Positions 54,308-63,107 of a DNA stretch of 64,000 nucleotides are shown piece by piece. The notes under the pieces were generated by a model. It had not been told where the DNA came from. It did not search any database and saw nothing but the letters and a program-made list of their open reading frames with translations. Every line of letters begins with the position of its first letter. The first letter of the stretch is position 1. Source of the DNA: an uncultured delta proteobacterium (lineage in GTDB: Bacteria; Myxococcota_A; Polyangia; Palsa-1104); NCBI GenBank assembly GCA_963785725.1, contig CAWAWS010000016.1:1-64000 (forward strand), read 5' to 3'. A program made the position numbers and the translations under genes.

Positions 54308-55270
54308 ATGTTCTCGGGCTTCACCACGGCGGACTTCGACGCCTATCAGCAGAAGAAGTGGAAGTCGAACGTCTTCAACCGCGAGCGGATGGAGGTGAAG
54401 CAAAAGCTCACCGAATTCGGCCGCGAAGTGCAGGCGATCATGGTCGCGCCCGACGGCAGCCCGCTCGCCGTCGAGGCCAGCGTCGAGCATCCGGCTTTGT
54501 GGAACCACAAGCAGGTCGAGGCGCAGCACCTCTATTTCTCGCGCAACGAAGGCTCGCGCAAGGAGCTCGATCTCATCATCGATCGCGGCAAGTCGTTCGC
54601 GTCGATGATCGACGATCCGACGCCGCTGCGGAACCACCTGTTCTTGGCCGTGACGCTGACGGAGCAGGCGATCGAGCTGTCGCTCAAGCTGCATCCCGAT
54701 GCGCGCGTCGATCGCGAGAACCTCGAGCGCAAGTGCAGCGATCACTTCGAAGCGGGCAAGCTCGTGCACCTCTTGCACTCGCTCGATCCGTCGTTTCGCG
54801 CGGGAATTACGCCCGATACGCTGCCGGTGGCCGAGCTCGACGAGGGCAAGCTGCTCGAGCTCGCCGTGTCGCTCGGCAAGCCGGCGACGACGCCGGCGCC
54901 GTTGACGCTGAGCGCCGGTCCGCAGCGGCTGTTCTACGTCGGTCGCGCCATCGCGCGCGCCGATGCGCTCGCCGCCGGCGCCGGGCTCGTCGACACGGCG
55001 CGCGCGTCGCTGGCGTCGCTGATTCCGGTCTATCGCTTCATCGCTTGGTCGCGCGACAACGACTTTTTGGCGATGCGCGAGACGATGCAGAAGGAAAAGC
55101 AGCAGAAGCGGCAAAAGGGCCTGGCGAAGAACGACGGCGTCCGCATCATCCGCGGCATGTTCGCCGGCAAGTCGGGCGTCGTGCAGGAAGTCGACGCCAA
55201 AGGCGGCCTGCGCGTCCTCGTCGGCAAAGTCGCGGTCAAGCTCGGCGCCGACGACGTCGCCAAAGCCTAA
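54308..55270 (+). CDS. DUF1054/YktB-like domain fused to a C-terminal KOW motif
   Basis: MFSGFTTADFDAY start; DGVRIIRGMFAGKSGVVQEVD KOW. Confidence 0.65.
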   Translation: MFSGFTTADFDAYQQKKWKSNVFNRERMEVKQKLTEFGREVQAIMVAPDGSPLAVEASVEHPALWNHKQVEAQHLYFSRNEGSRKELDLIIDRGKSFASMIDDPTPLRNHLFLAVTLTEQAIELSLKLHPDARVDRENLERKCSDHFEAGKLVHLLHSLDPSFRAGITPDTLPVAELDEGKLLELAVSLGKPATTPAPLTLSAGPQRLFYVGRAIARADALAAGAGLVDTARASLASLIPVYRFIAWSRDNDFLAMRETMQKEKQQKRQKGLAKNDGVRIIRGMFAGKSGVVQEVDAKGGLRVLVGKVAVKLGADDVAKA

Positions 55271-55335
55271 GTCGCCGTCCGCCGCGCGATTCGCGCGCGC
55301 TGCTCCTCAACCAACGAAGCTTCGCGGGCGCTGAC

Positions 55336-57453
55336 TTAGCGACGCTTTTCGGCGCGTTTCAGCCGCGCCAGCAGCTGCTTGTCCGTCAGCTCGGTCGCGC
55401 GATCGTGCTTGTGATGCGCCGCTTTCTCGTCGCTGGCGATGGCCTTTTCCAGCCGCTTGAGCTCGCGCTTGTCGTTGGTCGCCTGCGCGCGCTCGATGGC
55501 CGCGGCAAAGCCGGGCACCACCGGCGGCGGCGTCTTCGGAGTCGGCGATGTCGGCGAAGGCGAGTCGGCTGAAACGGGAGGCGATGGGGCGACGGGCGCC
55601 GTCGACGCCTGAGGCGGCGACGGCGGCGCAGCCGGTGGCGACGCCGCCATCGGCGCCGGCGGCGACGCGGGCGGACCGGCGGCTTTGGGCGCGCCGCCTC
55701 GCGTCGCGAAGTAGAGGCCGATGCCCAGCAGCACCGCGACGACGACGGCCACCGCGATCACGAGATACTTCCGCGATCCGGCGATCTCGGCCATCATCTC
55801 GTCTTCGTCCATGCGCTCGCCGGGCAGCCCTTGCGGCGCGTGGCGAATGACCGGCATCGCCTGCGTGCCGCCCGTCTTGAGCGACAGCCGCGCCTGGTCC
55901 GTCGACGACAGCGACAGCTGGCTCTCGTCGAGCACGGCCTGCTTGCCGGTGGTGCCGGTCTTGAGCGGATCGCTGCCGGCGGCGGCTTGCGCGCGCGCCA
56001 TCTCCTCTTCGAGCTCGCCGCGCTTGAACCACGCGGTCTCGCGGAAGCCCTTTTTGCGGCCGCTCGGATCGTTGCCGGACTTGGCCAGCTGCTGCGGCGG
56101 CGTGTACGGCTCGGCCACCATCGTCGCTTGCTGGGCCGCCGGCTGTGGCGCCGGGCGCGCGGGCGGCTCGACCATCATCGTCGCCTGTTGCGGCGGAGCC
56201 TGCGGCGCCGGCGTCGGCAGCGGACGCGCGGGCGGCTCGAGCATCATCGTCGCCTGTTGCGGCACGGCCTTCGGCGGCGGAGTCGGCAGCGGACGCGCTT
56301 CCGGCTCCGGCGATGCGACCTCGATGGGCGGAATCGACAAGCCGCTCTCGCGCGCGACGATCGGCGGCGACTGGACCACCGGCGCCGGCGATACGCCCAT
56401 CACCGTCTGCGCGTTCGGCCGAATCGCCGACGGCACCGCGACGACCGGCGGCGCGCTCGCGACGACCGGCGCTTCCAGACCCATGATCGTCTTGGCGCCG
56501 GCGTCGGCGCGGACGTGCGCCTGCGGCACCGACGAGGTGGCCCCGATCTCGGTCAAGAGCTGCCGCAACGTCAGATGGCGTCGCCCGCCGCTCTTCTCGA
56601 GCGCCTTGGCGACGACGCGATCGATATCGGTGCCCAGCCCCGGCCGCTTCAGCGACGGAACGGGCGCCGTCGCATGCAGCTGCTGCTGAATGAGCGCCGG
56701 CACATCGCCCGCGAACGGCGGCTCCCCAGTGAGCGCGTAGTAAAAGATGGCGCCCAAGCTGTAGATATTCGAGCGCTGATCGACCGGCTTGCCTTCGGCC
56801 TGCTCCGGCGACATGAACGCCGGCGCGCCGAACACCTTGTCGCTGACCGCCTCCGCGAGCCCAAAGTCCGCCACTTTGACGTGGTCGCCCGGCCCCACCA
56901 ACACGTTGCGCGGCGCGACGTCGCGATGAATGACGCCGACCTTCTGCGCCTCGGTCAACGCCTCGCCCACTTGCAGCACGATCGCCTTGGCGCGCTCGAC
57001 CGACAGCGGCCCGCCGGCCACGAGCTCGTCGAGCGTCATCATGCCGTCGAGGCGCTCGCTGGCGACGTAGATCCGCCCGTCCGACAGCTTTCCCTGATCG
57101 ATGATGCGCACGATGCGCGTCGACGTCACCTTGGCCAGCTGCTTGAGCTCGCGCAGCGCGCGATCGGCCATCGCCGTCGTCGGCAACACCTCGGGCGGCA
57201 CGAGCTTGAGCGAGACCACCCCGCCGCCGGTCGCGTCATTGGCGTCGGAGACGGTGCCGGTCGGCGTCACATGGCCGATGCCGAGCGGCAAGAAGCGCGC
57301 GGCGACCGGCGCCGGCTGATCGGGCATCGTCGCTGCAGGATCGGCAGCCGTCGCAGTAGCTTGGACGGCCGGCGGCGGCAATCGCGTCGCGTCCATCGGG
57401 CAGAAATTTGCGTCGTCGGGAAACGAATTACCGCACGTGGGACAGAGTCTCAT
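55336..57453 (-). CDS. Ser/Thr kinase with N-terminal zinc ribbon, Pro-rich linker and TM
   Basis: CPTC...FCPMD, LKLV, IHRDVAPRN, DFG, FMSPEQ. Confidence 0.9.
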   Translation of the reverse strand: MRLCPTCGNSFPDDANFCPMDATRLPPPAVQATATAADPAATMPDQPAPVAARFLPLGIGHVTPTGTVSDANDATGGGVVSLKLVPPEVLPTTAMADRALRELKQLAKVTSTRIVRIIDQGKLSDGRIYVASERLDGMMTLDELVAGGPLSVERAKAIVLQVGEALTEAQKVGVIHRDVAPRNVLVGPGDHVKVADFGLAEAVSDKVFGAPAFMSPEQAEGKPVDQRSNIYSLGAIFYYALTGEPPFAGDVPALIQQQLHATAPVPSLKRPGLGTDIDRVVAKALEKSGGRRHLTLRQLLTEIGATSSVPQAHVRADAGAKTIMGLEAPVVASAPPVVAVPSAIRPNAQTVMGVSPAPVVQSPPIVARESGLSIPPIEVASPEPEARPLPTPPPKAVPQQATMMLEPPARPLPTPAPQAPPQQATMMVEPPARPAPQPAAQQATMVAEPYTPPQQLAKSGNDPSGRKKGFRETAWFKRGELEEEMARAQAAAGSDPLKTGTTGKQAVLDESQLSLSSTDQARLSLKTGGTQAMPVIRHAPQGLPGERMDEDEMMAEIAGSRKYLVIAVAVVVAVLLGIGLYFATRGGAPKAAGPPASPPAPMAASPPAAPPSPPQASTAPVAPSPPVSADSPSPTSPTPKTPPPVVPGFAAAIERAQATNDKRELKRLEKAIASDEKAAHHKHDRATELTDKQLLARLKRAEKRR

Positions 57454-57538
57454 CCGCGACCCCAATCTCGGGAACCCGGTGAGTGTATCGTTCTATCTAC
57501 CGGCTGGCTAGCGGCAGGCAACGGCGGAGCCGCGCTGT

Positions 57539-57715
57539 TTACTTCGCGGCCGACTTCGTCTTGGCGGGCGCCGGCTGACCGGGCTCGCCCATGCCGGCGA
57601 ACAGCTCCGCCGACGACGGCGTCGAGTGGCGCGCCTCTTGATTCTTCCGCTTACGGCCCGCGTTCTTGTGAGCCCGCGTGCGCTTGTGCCAGGTAGCCAT
57701 CGTGTTCGACGCCAT
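57539..57715 (-). CDS. Small, highly basic protein (58 aa)
   Basis: GAGGAG/AAGGA upstream; MASNTMATWHKRTRAHKNAGRKRKNQEARHSTPS. Confidence 0.65.
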   Translation of the reverse strand: MASNTMATWHKRTRAHKNAGRKRKNQEARHSTPSSAELFAGMGEPGQPAPAKTKSAAK

Positions 57716-57827
57716 CGTTCCTTGCTCCTCGAAAGGGCTGATTACGTATCCTACGAGCCCTACTCTGTCAAGTATCCCTCGGACATCACTGGCGGCTCGG
57801 CTCTGTTCTGCTCTGTTCTGTTCTGCA

Positions 57828-57922
57828 AGCCAGAGCGGAGACATGATGGGCGCGCGCGAGTTGTCTCCCGCAGCCCGTAGGGCGAGGACTGTCTGAGCGC
57901 GCGCCCATCATGTCGGAGCGAC
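57828..57922. repeat. 95-bp structured intergenic repeat, copy A
   Basis: 17-bp perfect stem ACATGATGGGCGCGCGC/GCGCGCGCCCATCATGT around a 39-nt loop containing GCCCGTAGGGC; abuts the relA stop. Confidence 0.85.
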
Positions 57923-60081
57923 TTACATACGCGAGACTTGGTAGACGCCGCTGATCTTCTGCAGCGCGCGCATCACCGTCTTCAGCTGATCTAGGTCCTG
58001 CACTGCAAACGTAAATGTATTGATGGCCTTGTGATCATCCATCGAGCGACAGTTGGCCTGCGAGATGTTGACGCCCAGGTCGTTGAACGACTGCGACAGC
58101 TGCGCGAGGATGCCGGGCTTGTCGGCCGACATGACCTGCACGCTGACCGGGCGCGGCTGCTTGAGCTTGCCGTCCCACTCGACTTCGCACGCGCCGATCG
58201 GGATCTTGGTCGATCGCTTTCGTGCAGCCGAGCGTATGCACGGTGACGCCGCGCCCGCGCGTGATGAAGCCGACGATCGGATCGCCCGGCAACGGCGAGC
58301 AGCACTTGGCGAAGCGCACGAGCACGTCGTCTTCGCCGGCGACCTTGATGCCCGACCGTCGAGCGCCGCGTGATGCGCCGCACCAGGTTGAGCACCGGAT
58401 TTTCCGACGGGGGCGGCTCGGCCTGCACTTCGCGCCGCTTGTCTTCGGGCACGATCTGCTCGATGACGTCGGTCGGCAGGATCTTGCCGTAGCCGACCGA
58501 GATCAGCAGCTCCTCGAACGTCGCCACTTTGAGCTGCGCCAGCGCCTTGTCCATCTCGCCCGACTTCTGCGTGCGATTGAGCGTCAGCGCGTACTTCTTG
58601 AACTCGCGCTCGAGCAGCTCGCGCCCGAGCAGCTTCGACTTCTCGCGCTCCGCCGTGCGCAGATAATTGCGGATCTTCGCCTTCGCCGACGACGTGATGA
58701 CGAACTTCAGCCAATCCTTGTTCGGCTTCTGATTGGGCGACGTGATGATCTCGACGGTGTCGCCGTTGCGCAGCACGTAACGCAGAGGAACGATGAGCCC
58801 GTTGACGCGCGCGCCCGAGCAGTGATGCCCGACCTCGGTGTGAATCGCGTAGGCGATGTCGATCGGAATCGCGCCCTTCGGCAGCGCCTTGACGTCGCCT
58901 TTGGGCGTGAAGACGTAGACCTCGTCGGCGAACAGATCGATCTTCACGTTCTCGATGAACTCGGTCGGATCCTTGAGATCGCGCTGCCACTCCATCAGCT
59001 GCCGCAGCCAGGCGAAGCGCTTCTGATCTTTGTCGTCGGGCTGAATGCGCCCTTCTTTGTAGCGCCAGTGCGCCGCGATGCCCTCTTCGGCCACGCGATG
59101 CATGTCTTGCGTCCGAATCTGCACTTCCATGCGCTCGCCGCGCGGACCAATCACCGACGTGTGCAGCGACTGATACATGTTCGGCTTCGGCAGCGCGATG
59201 AAGTCTTTGAAGCGGCCGGGAATCGGCGTCCACTTCGAATGCACGACGCCGAGCGTCTCGTAACAGGCGCGCACCGAGTCGACGAGCGCGCGAAAGGCGA
59301 CGATGTCGAACAGCTGATCGAGATCGCGCCCGGTCTTCACCATCTTCTGATGGATCGACCACAGATGTTTCGGCCGACCGTAGACGCTGCACTGCACGCC
59401 GTTCTCGGCCAGCTCCGTCTTCAAGATGTCGCTGACGTCGTCGATGTATTTCTGACGCTCTTTGTGGTAGCGCGTCAGCTTGCCGGTGAGATCTTCGAAC
59501 TCCTTCGGAAACAGATACTTGAACGACAGATCTTCCAGCTCTACTTTAATCCACTGGATGCCGAGGCGGTTGGCCAGCGGCGCGTAGATCTCCATCGTCT
59601 CGCGCGCGATTCGCTCCTGCTTTTCGGCGGGCATCGAGTCGAGCGTGCGCATGTTGTCGGTGCGATCGGCGAGCTTGATGAGGATGACGCGGATGTCACG
59701 CGCCATCGCCAAGAGCATCTTGCGGAAGTTCTCCGCTTGCCGCTCTTCTTTGTTATTCCACGGGATTTTGCCGAGCTTCGTGACGCCTTCGACGAGGAAC
59801 GCGATCTCGCCGCCGAACTGCTTGGAGATGTCCTCGGTCGTCGCGCTCGTGTCCTCGACGCAGTCGTGCAAGAGGCCGGCGCAGATCGACGGCACGTCGA
59901 GCTTCAGGTCGGCGATGGTCGCCGCGACGCCGAGCGGATGCACGACGTAGGGATCGCCGGAGCGCCGCAGCTGGCCGTCGTGCGCCTTGGCGGCATACTC
60001 GTACGTGCGCTGAATCAGCTCGATGTTGGCGGCTGGGTGATAGCCTTGGACTTTCGAAAGGATGTCATTGAGCCGCATCAT
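57923..60081 (-). CDS. relA: Bifunctional (p)ppGpp synthetase/hydrolase (RSH), frameshifts in the 3' part
   Basis: RRSGDPYVVHP, LLHDCVED, IKLADRTDNMRTL, GRPKH, YQSLHT, EVQIRT, TGS and ACT domains; frame breaks ~58350 and ~58190. Confidence 0.93.
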
Positions 60082-60148
60082 GGAAGACGTGACAATCTAA
60101 CGCACGGCGACGCGCTTTGCCACAGCCGCGCGGCCCATTTTGCAGCCG

Positions 60149-60799
60149 TTACTCGCGCTTTTCCGCCTCGCGCACGAGCGCTTCGGCGATGTGACCGGTG
60201 CGATCGGCGCCGCACTGCGCGGCCAGGTAAATGGCCCGCAGCTTATCGTAAGCATTGAGCAAATCGTCATTGACGATGAGATATTGGTAGATGCCGTATT
60301 GCTTCAGCTCTTCGCGCGCTTTGACGAGGCGGCGCTCGATGACGTCGGGCGCGTCGGTGGCGCGCATGCGCAGGCGTCGCTCGAGCTCGCTCAGCGAGGG
60401 CGGCAGCACGAACACCAGCACCGCCTCCTTCTCGAACTTGGCCTTCAGCTGACGGCCACCTTGGTAGTCGATATCGAAGAGCACGTGGCGCCCACCTTCG
60501 AGCGCCTGACGAACGGCGGTGATCGTCGTGCCGTAGCGATGGTTGTGCACCTCGGCCCACTCGGCGAAGTCGCCGCGCGCCATCATCTCGTCGAACTTGG
60601 GCTCGTCGATGAAGTGGTAGTCGATGCCGTCCTCTTCGCCGCGCCGCCGCGGGCGCGTCGTGTACGAGACGGAGAACATGACCTCGGGAAACTCTTGAAT
60701 GAGCCGGCGGCACAGCGTCGTCTTGCCGGCGCCCGACGGCGACGACACCACGATCAAAAGGCCACGCGACGAATCGTCGATCTCGCTCATCTTCGTCAT
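60149..60799 (-). CDS. gmk: Guanylate kinase
   Basis: SPSGAGKTT, SVSYTTRPRR.GEEDGIDYHF, YGT, DIDYQG. Confidence 0.96.
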   Translation of the reverse strand: MTKMSEIDDSSRGLLIVVSSPSGAGKTTLCRRLIQEFPEVMFSVSYTTRPRRRGEEDGIDYHFIDEPKFDEMMARGDFAEWAEVHNHRYGTTITAVRQALEGGRHVLFDIDYQGGRQLKAKFEKEAVLVFVLPPSLSELERRLRMRATDAPDVIERRLVKAREELKQYGIYQYLIVNDDLLNAYDKLRAIYLAAQCGADRTGHIAEALVREAEKRE

Positions 60800-61668
60800 T
60801 CCACGTTCTGGATCTGCTCGCGCAGCCGCTCGAGCTCGGCCTTGGCGTCGACGACGCGCGCCGCGACCTCCGCCGACTGCGACTTGGAGCCGATGGTGTT
60901 GACCTCACGATTCAGCTCTTGCGTGAGGAAGTCGAGCCGGCGACCGGTCGCGTCCGTCGCGGCGCACAGCCGGCGACACTCGGCGAGATGGGCGGCGATG
61001 CGCGTCAGCTCTTCGGTCACGTCGAGCTTGTCGGCGACGAACGCGATCTCTTGCGCCAGCCGCTGCGGATCGACCTCGCCCGGCTTCAACGCGCGCTCCA
61101 GCCGCTCGCGCAGCTTCTTACGGTAGTTCTCGGGCGCGTCCTTCGCCAGCAGCGCGATCTCGCGCGCCGCGACCTCGAGCGCATCGAGGCGCGCCACGAG
61201 ATCGGCTTGCAGCGCCGCGCCTTCGCGCGCGCGCGCGGCGACCAGCGCATCGAGCGCCGACTTGAGGCCGGGCTCGAGCGCCTTCCACAGCGCGTCCGCG
61301 TCGCCGACGCTTTCCCCGACGGAGACGACGCCCGGCAGCGCCATCACCGCTTCGAGCGTCACCGGCTGATTGATGCCGAGCGCGTCGCGCACTTCGACGA
61401 GCGCGTGGTGATACTGCCGCGCCAAGGCCACGTCGGCGCGCACTTGTTGGGCCGCGCCGCCGCCTTCGTCGCGCGCGCTGGCCGTGATGACGCCGCGGGC
61501 CAGCCGACCGCGAATCGCTTGCGTCACTTGCGCTTCCAAGCCGGCGTCGCCGAACGGCAAGCGCAGCTTGACCTCGAGGAAGCGGTGGTTGACGGAGCGC
61601 AGCTCGACCACGAGGCGGCGGCCGCCCACCTCGCAGGCGCCGCGCCCATAACCGGTCATTGATTTCAA
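60796..61668 (-). CDS. yicC: YicC/YloC family endoribonuclease
   Basis: SMTGYG, RSVNHRFLE, GRRLDFLTQELNREVNTIGSK, REQIQNVE. Confidence 0.93.
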   Translation of the reverse strand: MKSMTGYGRGACEVGGRRLVVELRSVNHRFLEVKLRLPFGDAGLEAQVTQAIRGRLARGVITASARDEGGGAAQQVRADVALARQYHHALVEVRDALGINQPVTLEAVMALPGVVSVGESVGDADALWKALEPGLKSALDALVAARAREGAALQADLVARLDALEVAAREIALLAKDAPENYRKKLRERLERALKPGEVDPQRLAQEIAFVADKLDVTEELTRIAAHLAECRRLCAATDATGRRLDFLTQELNREVNTIGSKSQSAEVAARVVDAKAELERLREQIQNVE

Positions 61669-61707
61669 CGGAGGCCTACCGAAGCGACACGAAACATTCC
61701 GGGGAAC

Positions 61708-62652
61708 TTACAGGGTCTGGCGATACCAGGCAATCGTGCGCTCGAGCCCTTCGGCGAACTTTATCTTGCCGCTGTAGCCGAGGATCTTCTTGGCCTTGCC
61801 GATGTCGGCGAGCGAATACTTGATGTCGCCGGTGCGCGCCGCTTCGTGGATGGGCGCGATCTTCTTGCCGACGATGCCGGCGATGATATCGACGGTCTCG
61901 GTGAGCGACGTCGACTCGCCGCACGCGATGTTGAAGACCTCGCCGCCTGCGCCTTTGGCCGTGCACGCGAGGAGGTTGGCCTCGATGGCGTTCTCGACGA
62001 AGCAGAAGTCGCGCGAGGTCGTGCCGTCGCCGTAGATCGTCGCCGGCTTGCCATGCAGCGCCGCCGTGACGAAGTTCGGGATGACCGCGGCGTACTGCGA
62101 CTTCGGATCTTGGCGCGGCCCGAAAATGTTGAAGTAACGCAGCGCCACCGTCTCGAGGCCATATGAATGATAGAACGCCTGCAGATAGTATTCGCAGGCC
62201 AGCTTCGCGGCCGCGTAAGGCGAGAGCGGCGCCGGCAGCATCGTCTCCACTTTCGGCTCGCCCGGCGTCTTCTCGCCGTAGGCCGACGACGAGGCTGCGA
62301 AGACGACGCGTTTGACACCCGCTTTGCGCGCGGCGTCGAGCACGGTCACCGTGCCGTGAACGTTGACGTGATCGCCGCCGAGCGGATCCTCGATCGAGCG
62401 CGGCACCGACGGAATCGCCGCCTGATGGAGCACGAAGTCGACGCCTTTGACCGCGCGCGCCACCGTCTCACCATCGGTGATGTCGCCGCGAATGAGCTCC
62501 ACCTTCTTATGCTCGACGAGATCGGCGATGTTCTCCTCGCGACCGGTGGCGAAGTTGTCGAGGATGCGGACCTGCTCGCCCTCCGCCGAAAGCGCCCGCG
62601 CGATGTTCGAGCCGATGAACCCCGCCCCGCCGGTAACGAGATAGTGAGCCAT
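61708..62652 (-). CDS. NAD-dependent nucleotide-sugar epimerase (WbpP-like)
   Basis: VTGGAGFIGS, HQAAIPSVPRS, PYAAAK, LRYFNIFGPRQDP. Confidence 0.92.
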   Translation of the reverse strand: MAHYLVTGGAGFIGSNIARALSAEGEQVRILDNFATGREENIADLVEHKKVELIRGDITDGETVARAVKGVDFVLHQAAIPSVPRSIEDPLGGDHVNVHGTVTVLDAARKAGVKRVVFAASSSAYGEKTPGEPKVETMLPAPLSPYAAAKLACEYYLQAFYHSYGLETVALRYFNIFGPRQDPKSQYAAVIPNFVTAALHGKPATIYGDGTTSRDFCFVENAIEANLLACTAKGAGGEVFNIACGESTSLTETVDIIAGIVGKKIAPIHEAARTGDIKYSLADIGKAKKILGYSGKIKFAEGLERTIAWYRQTL

Positions 62653-62658
62653 GCTGCG

Positions 62659-62687
62659 GTTCTACTCAGCCACCCCCATACTGTCAA
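62659..62687 (-). promoter_or_regulatory. Sigma70 promoter, probably leaderless
   Basis: TTGACA-N17-TAGAAC-N6-ATG on the minus strand. Confidence 0.65.
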
Positions 62688-62748
62688 TCGCCGCTCTGCC
62701 CAAAATCTCCCAACATTTCAATCCACGCCGCCGTCCTCTCCGATTCCA

Positions 62749-62961
62749 ACGACCGCGCACGCTCAGCCAGAGCGGAGGCATTCTAGGTCCGCGCGAGCTA
62801 TCGACTCCGGCCGAGCCGAACCCGACGACCGCGCACGCTCAGCCAGAGCGGAGGCATTCTGGGTGCGCGCGAGTTGTCTTGCGCAGCCCGTAGGGCGAGC
62901 ACTGTCTGAGCGCGCACCCAGAATGCCGGAGCGACCGCGCACCCAGAATGCCGAAGCGACC
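62749..62961. repeat. Structured intergenic repeat copy B (62841-62935) with flanking partial copies
   Basis: Stem GCATTCTGGGTGCGCGC/GCGCGCACCCAGAATGC; 5' partial copy at 62749-62799; duplicated 3' end at 62937-62961. Confidence 0.85.
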
Positions 62962-63107
62962 GTGAACGAAAGTCCACAGTCTCACGCGAACGAGTGGTCA
63001 CAGTTGTCGAATGACGTAGACGTAAACCGGCGCAGCAATTATGTTTGGCGGGTCGTTCGCGTGGCACGAAAAGTGGGTCTACGCGCGCGTTGCGGAGGAG
63101 TGGACTC

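Noticed and set aside
57801..57825. (C/T)TCTG pentamer microsatellite as a phase-variation tract
   Set aside because: Short, imperfect and intergenic, with no evident link to a promoter.
58180..58360. Naturally truncated RelA lacking the ACT domain
   Set aside because: The downstream AKCCSPLPGD and ACT segments are present in other frames, which points to sequencing indels.
20807..60258. Numerous long antisense or overlapping ORFs (e.g. 20807-22570, 24111-26360, 51119-53395, 58222-60258)
   Set aside because: Shadow ORFs expected in high-GC DNA opposite well-supported genes.
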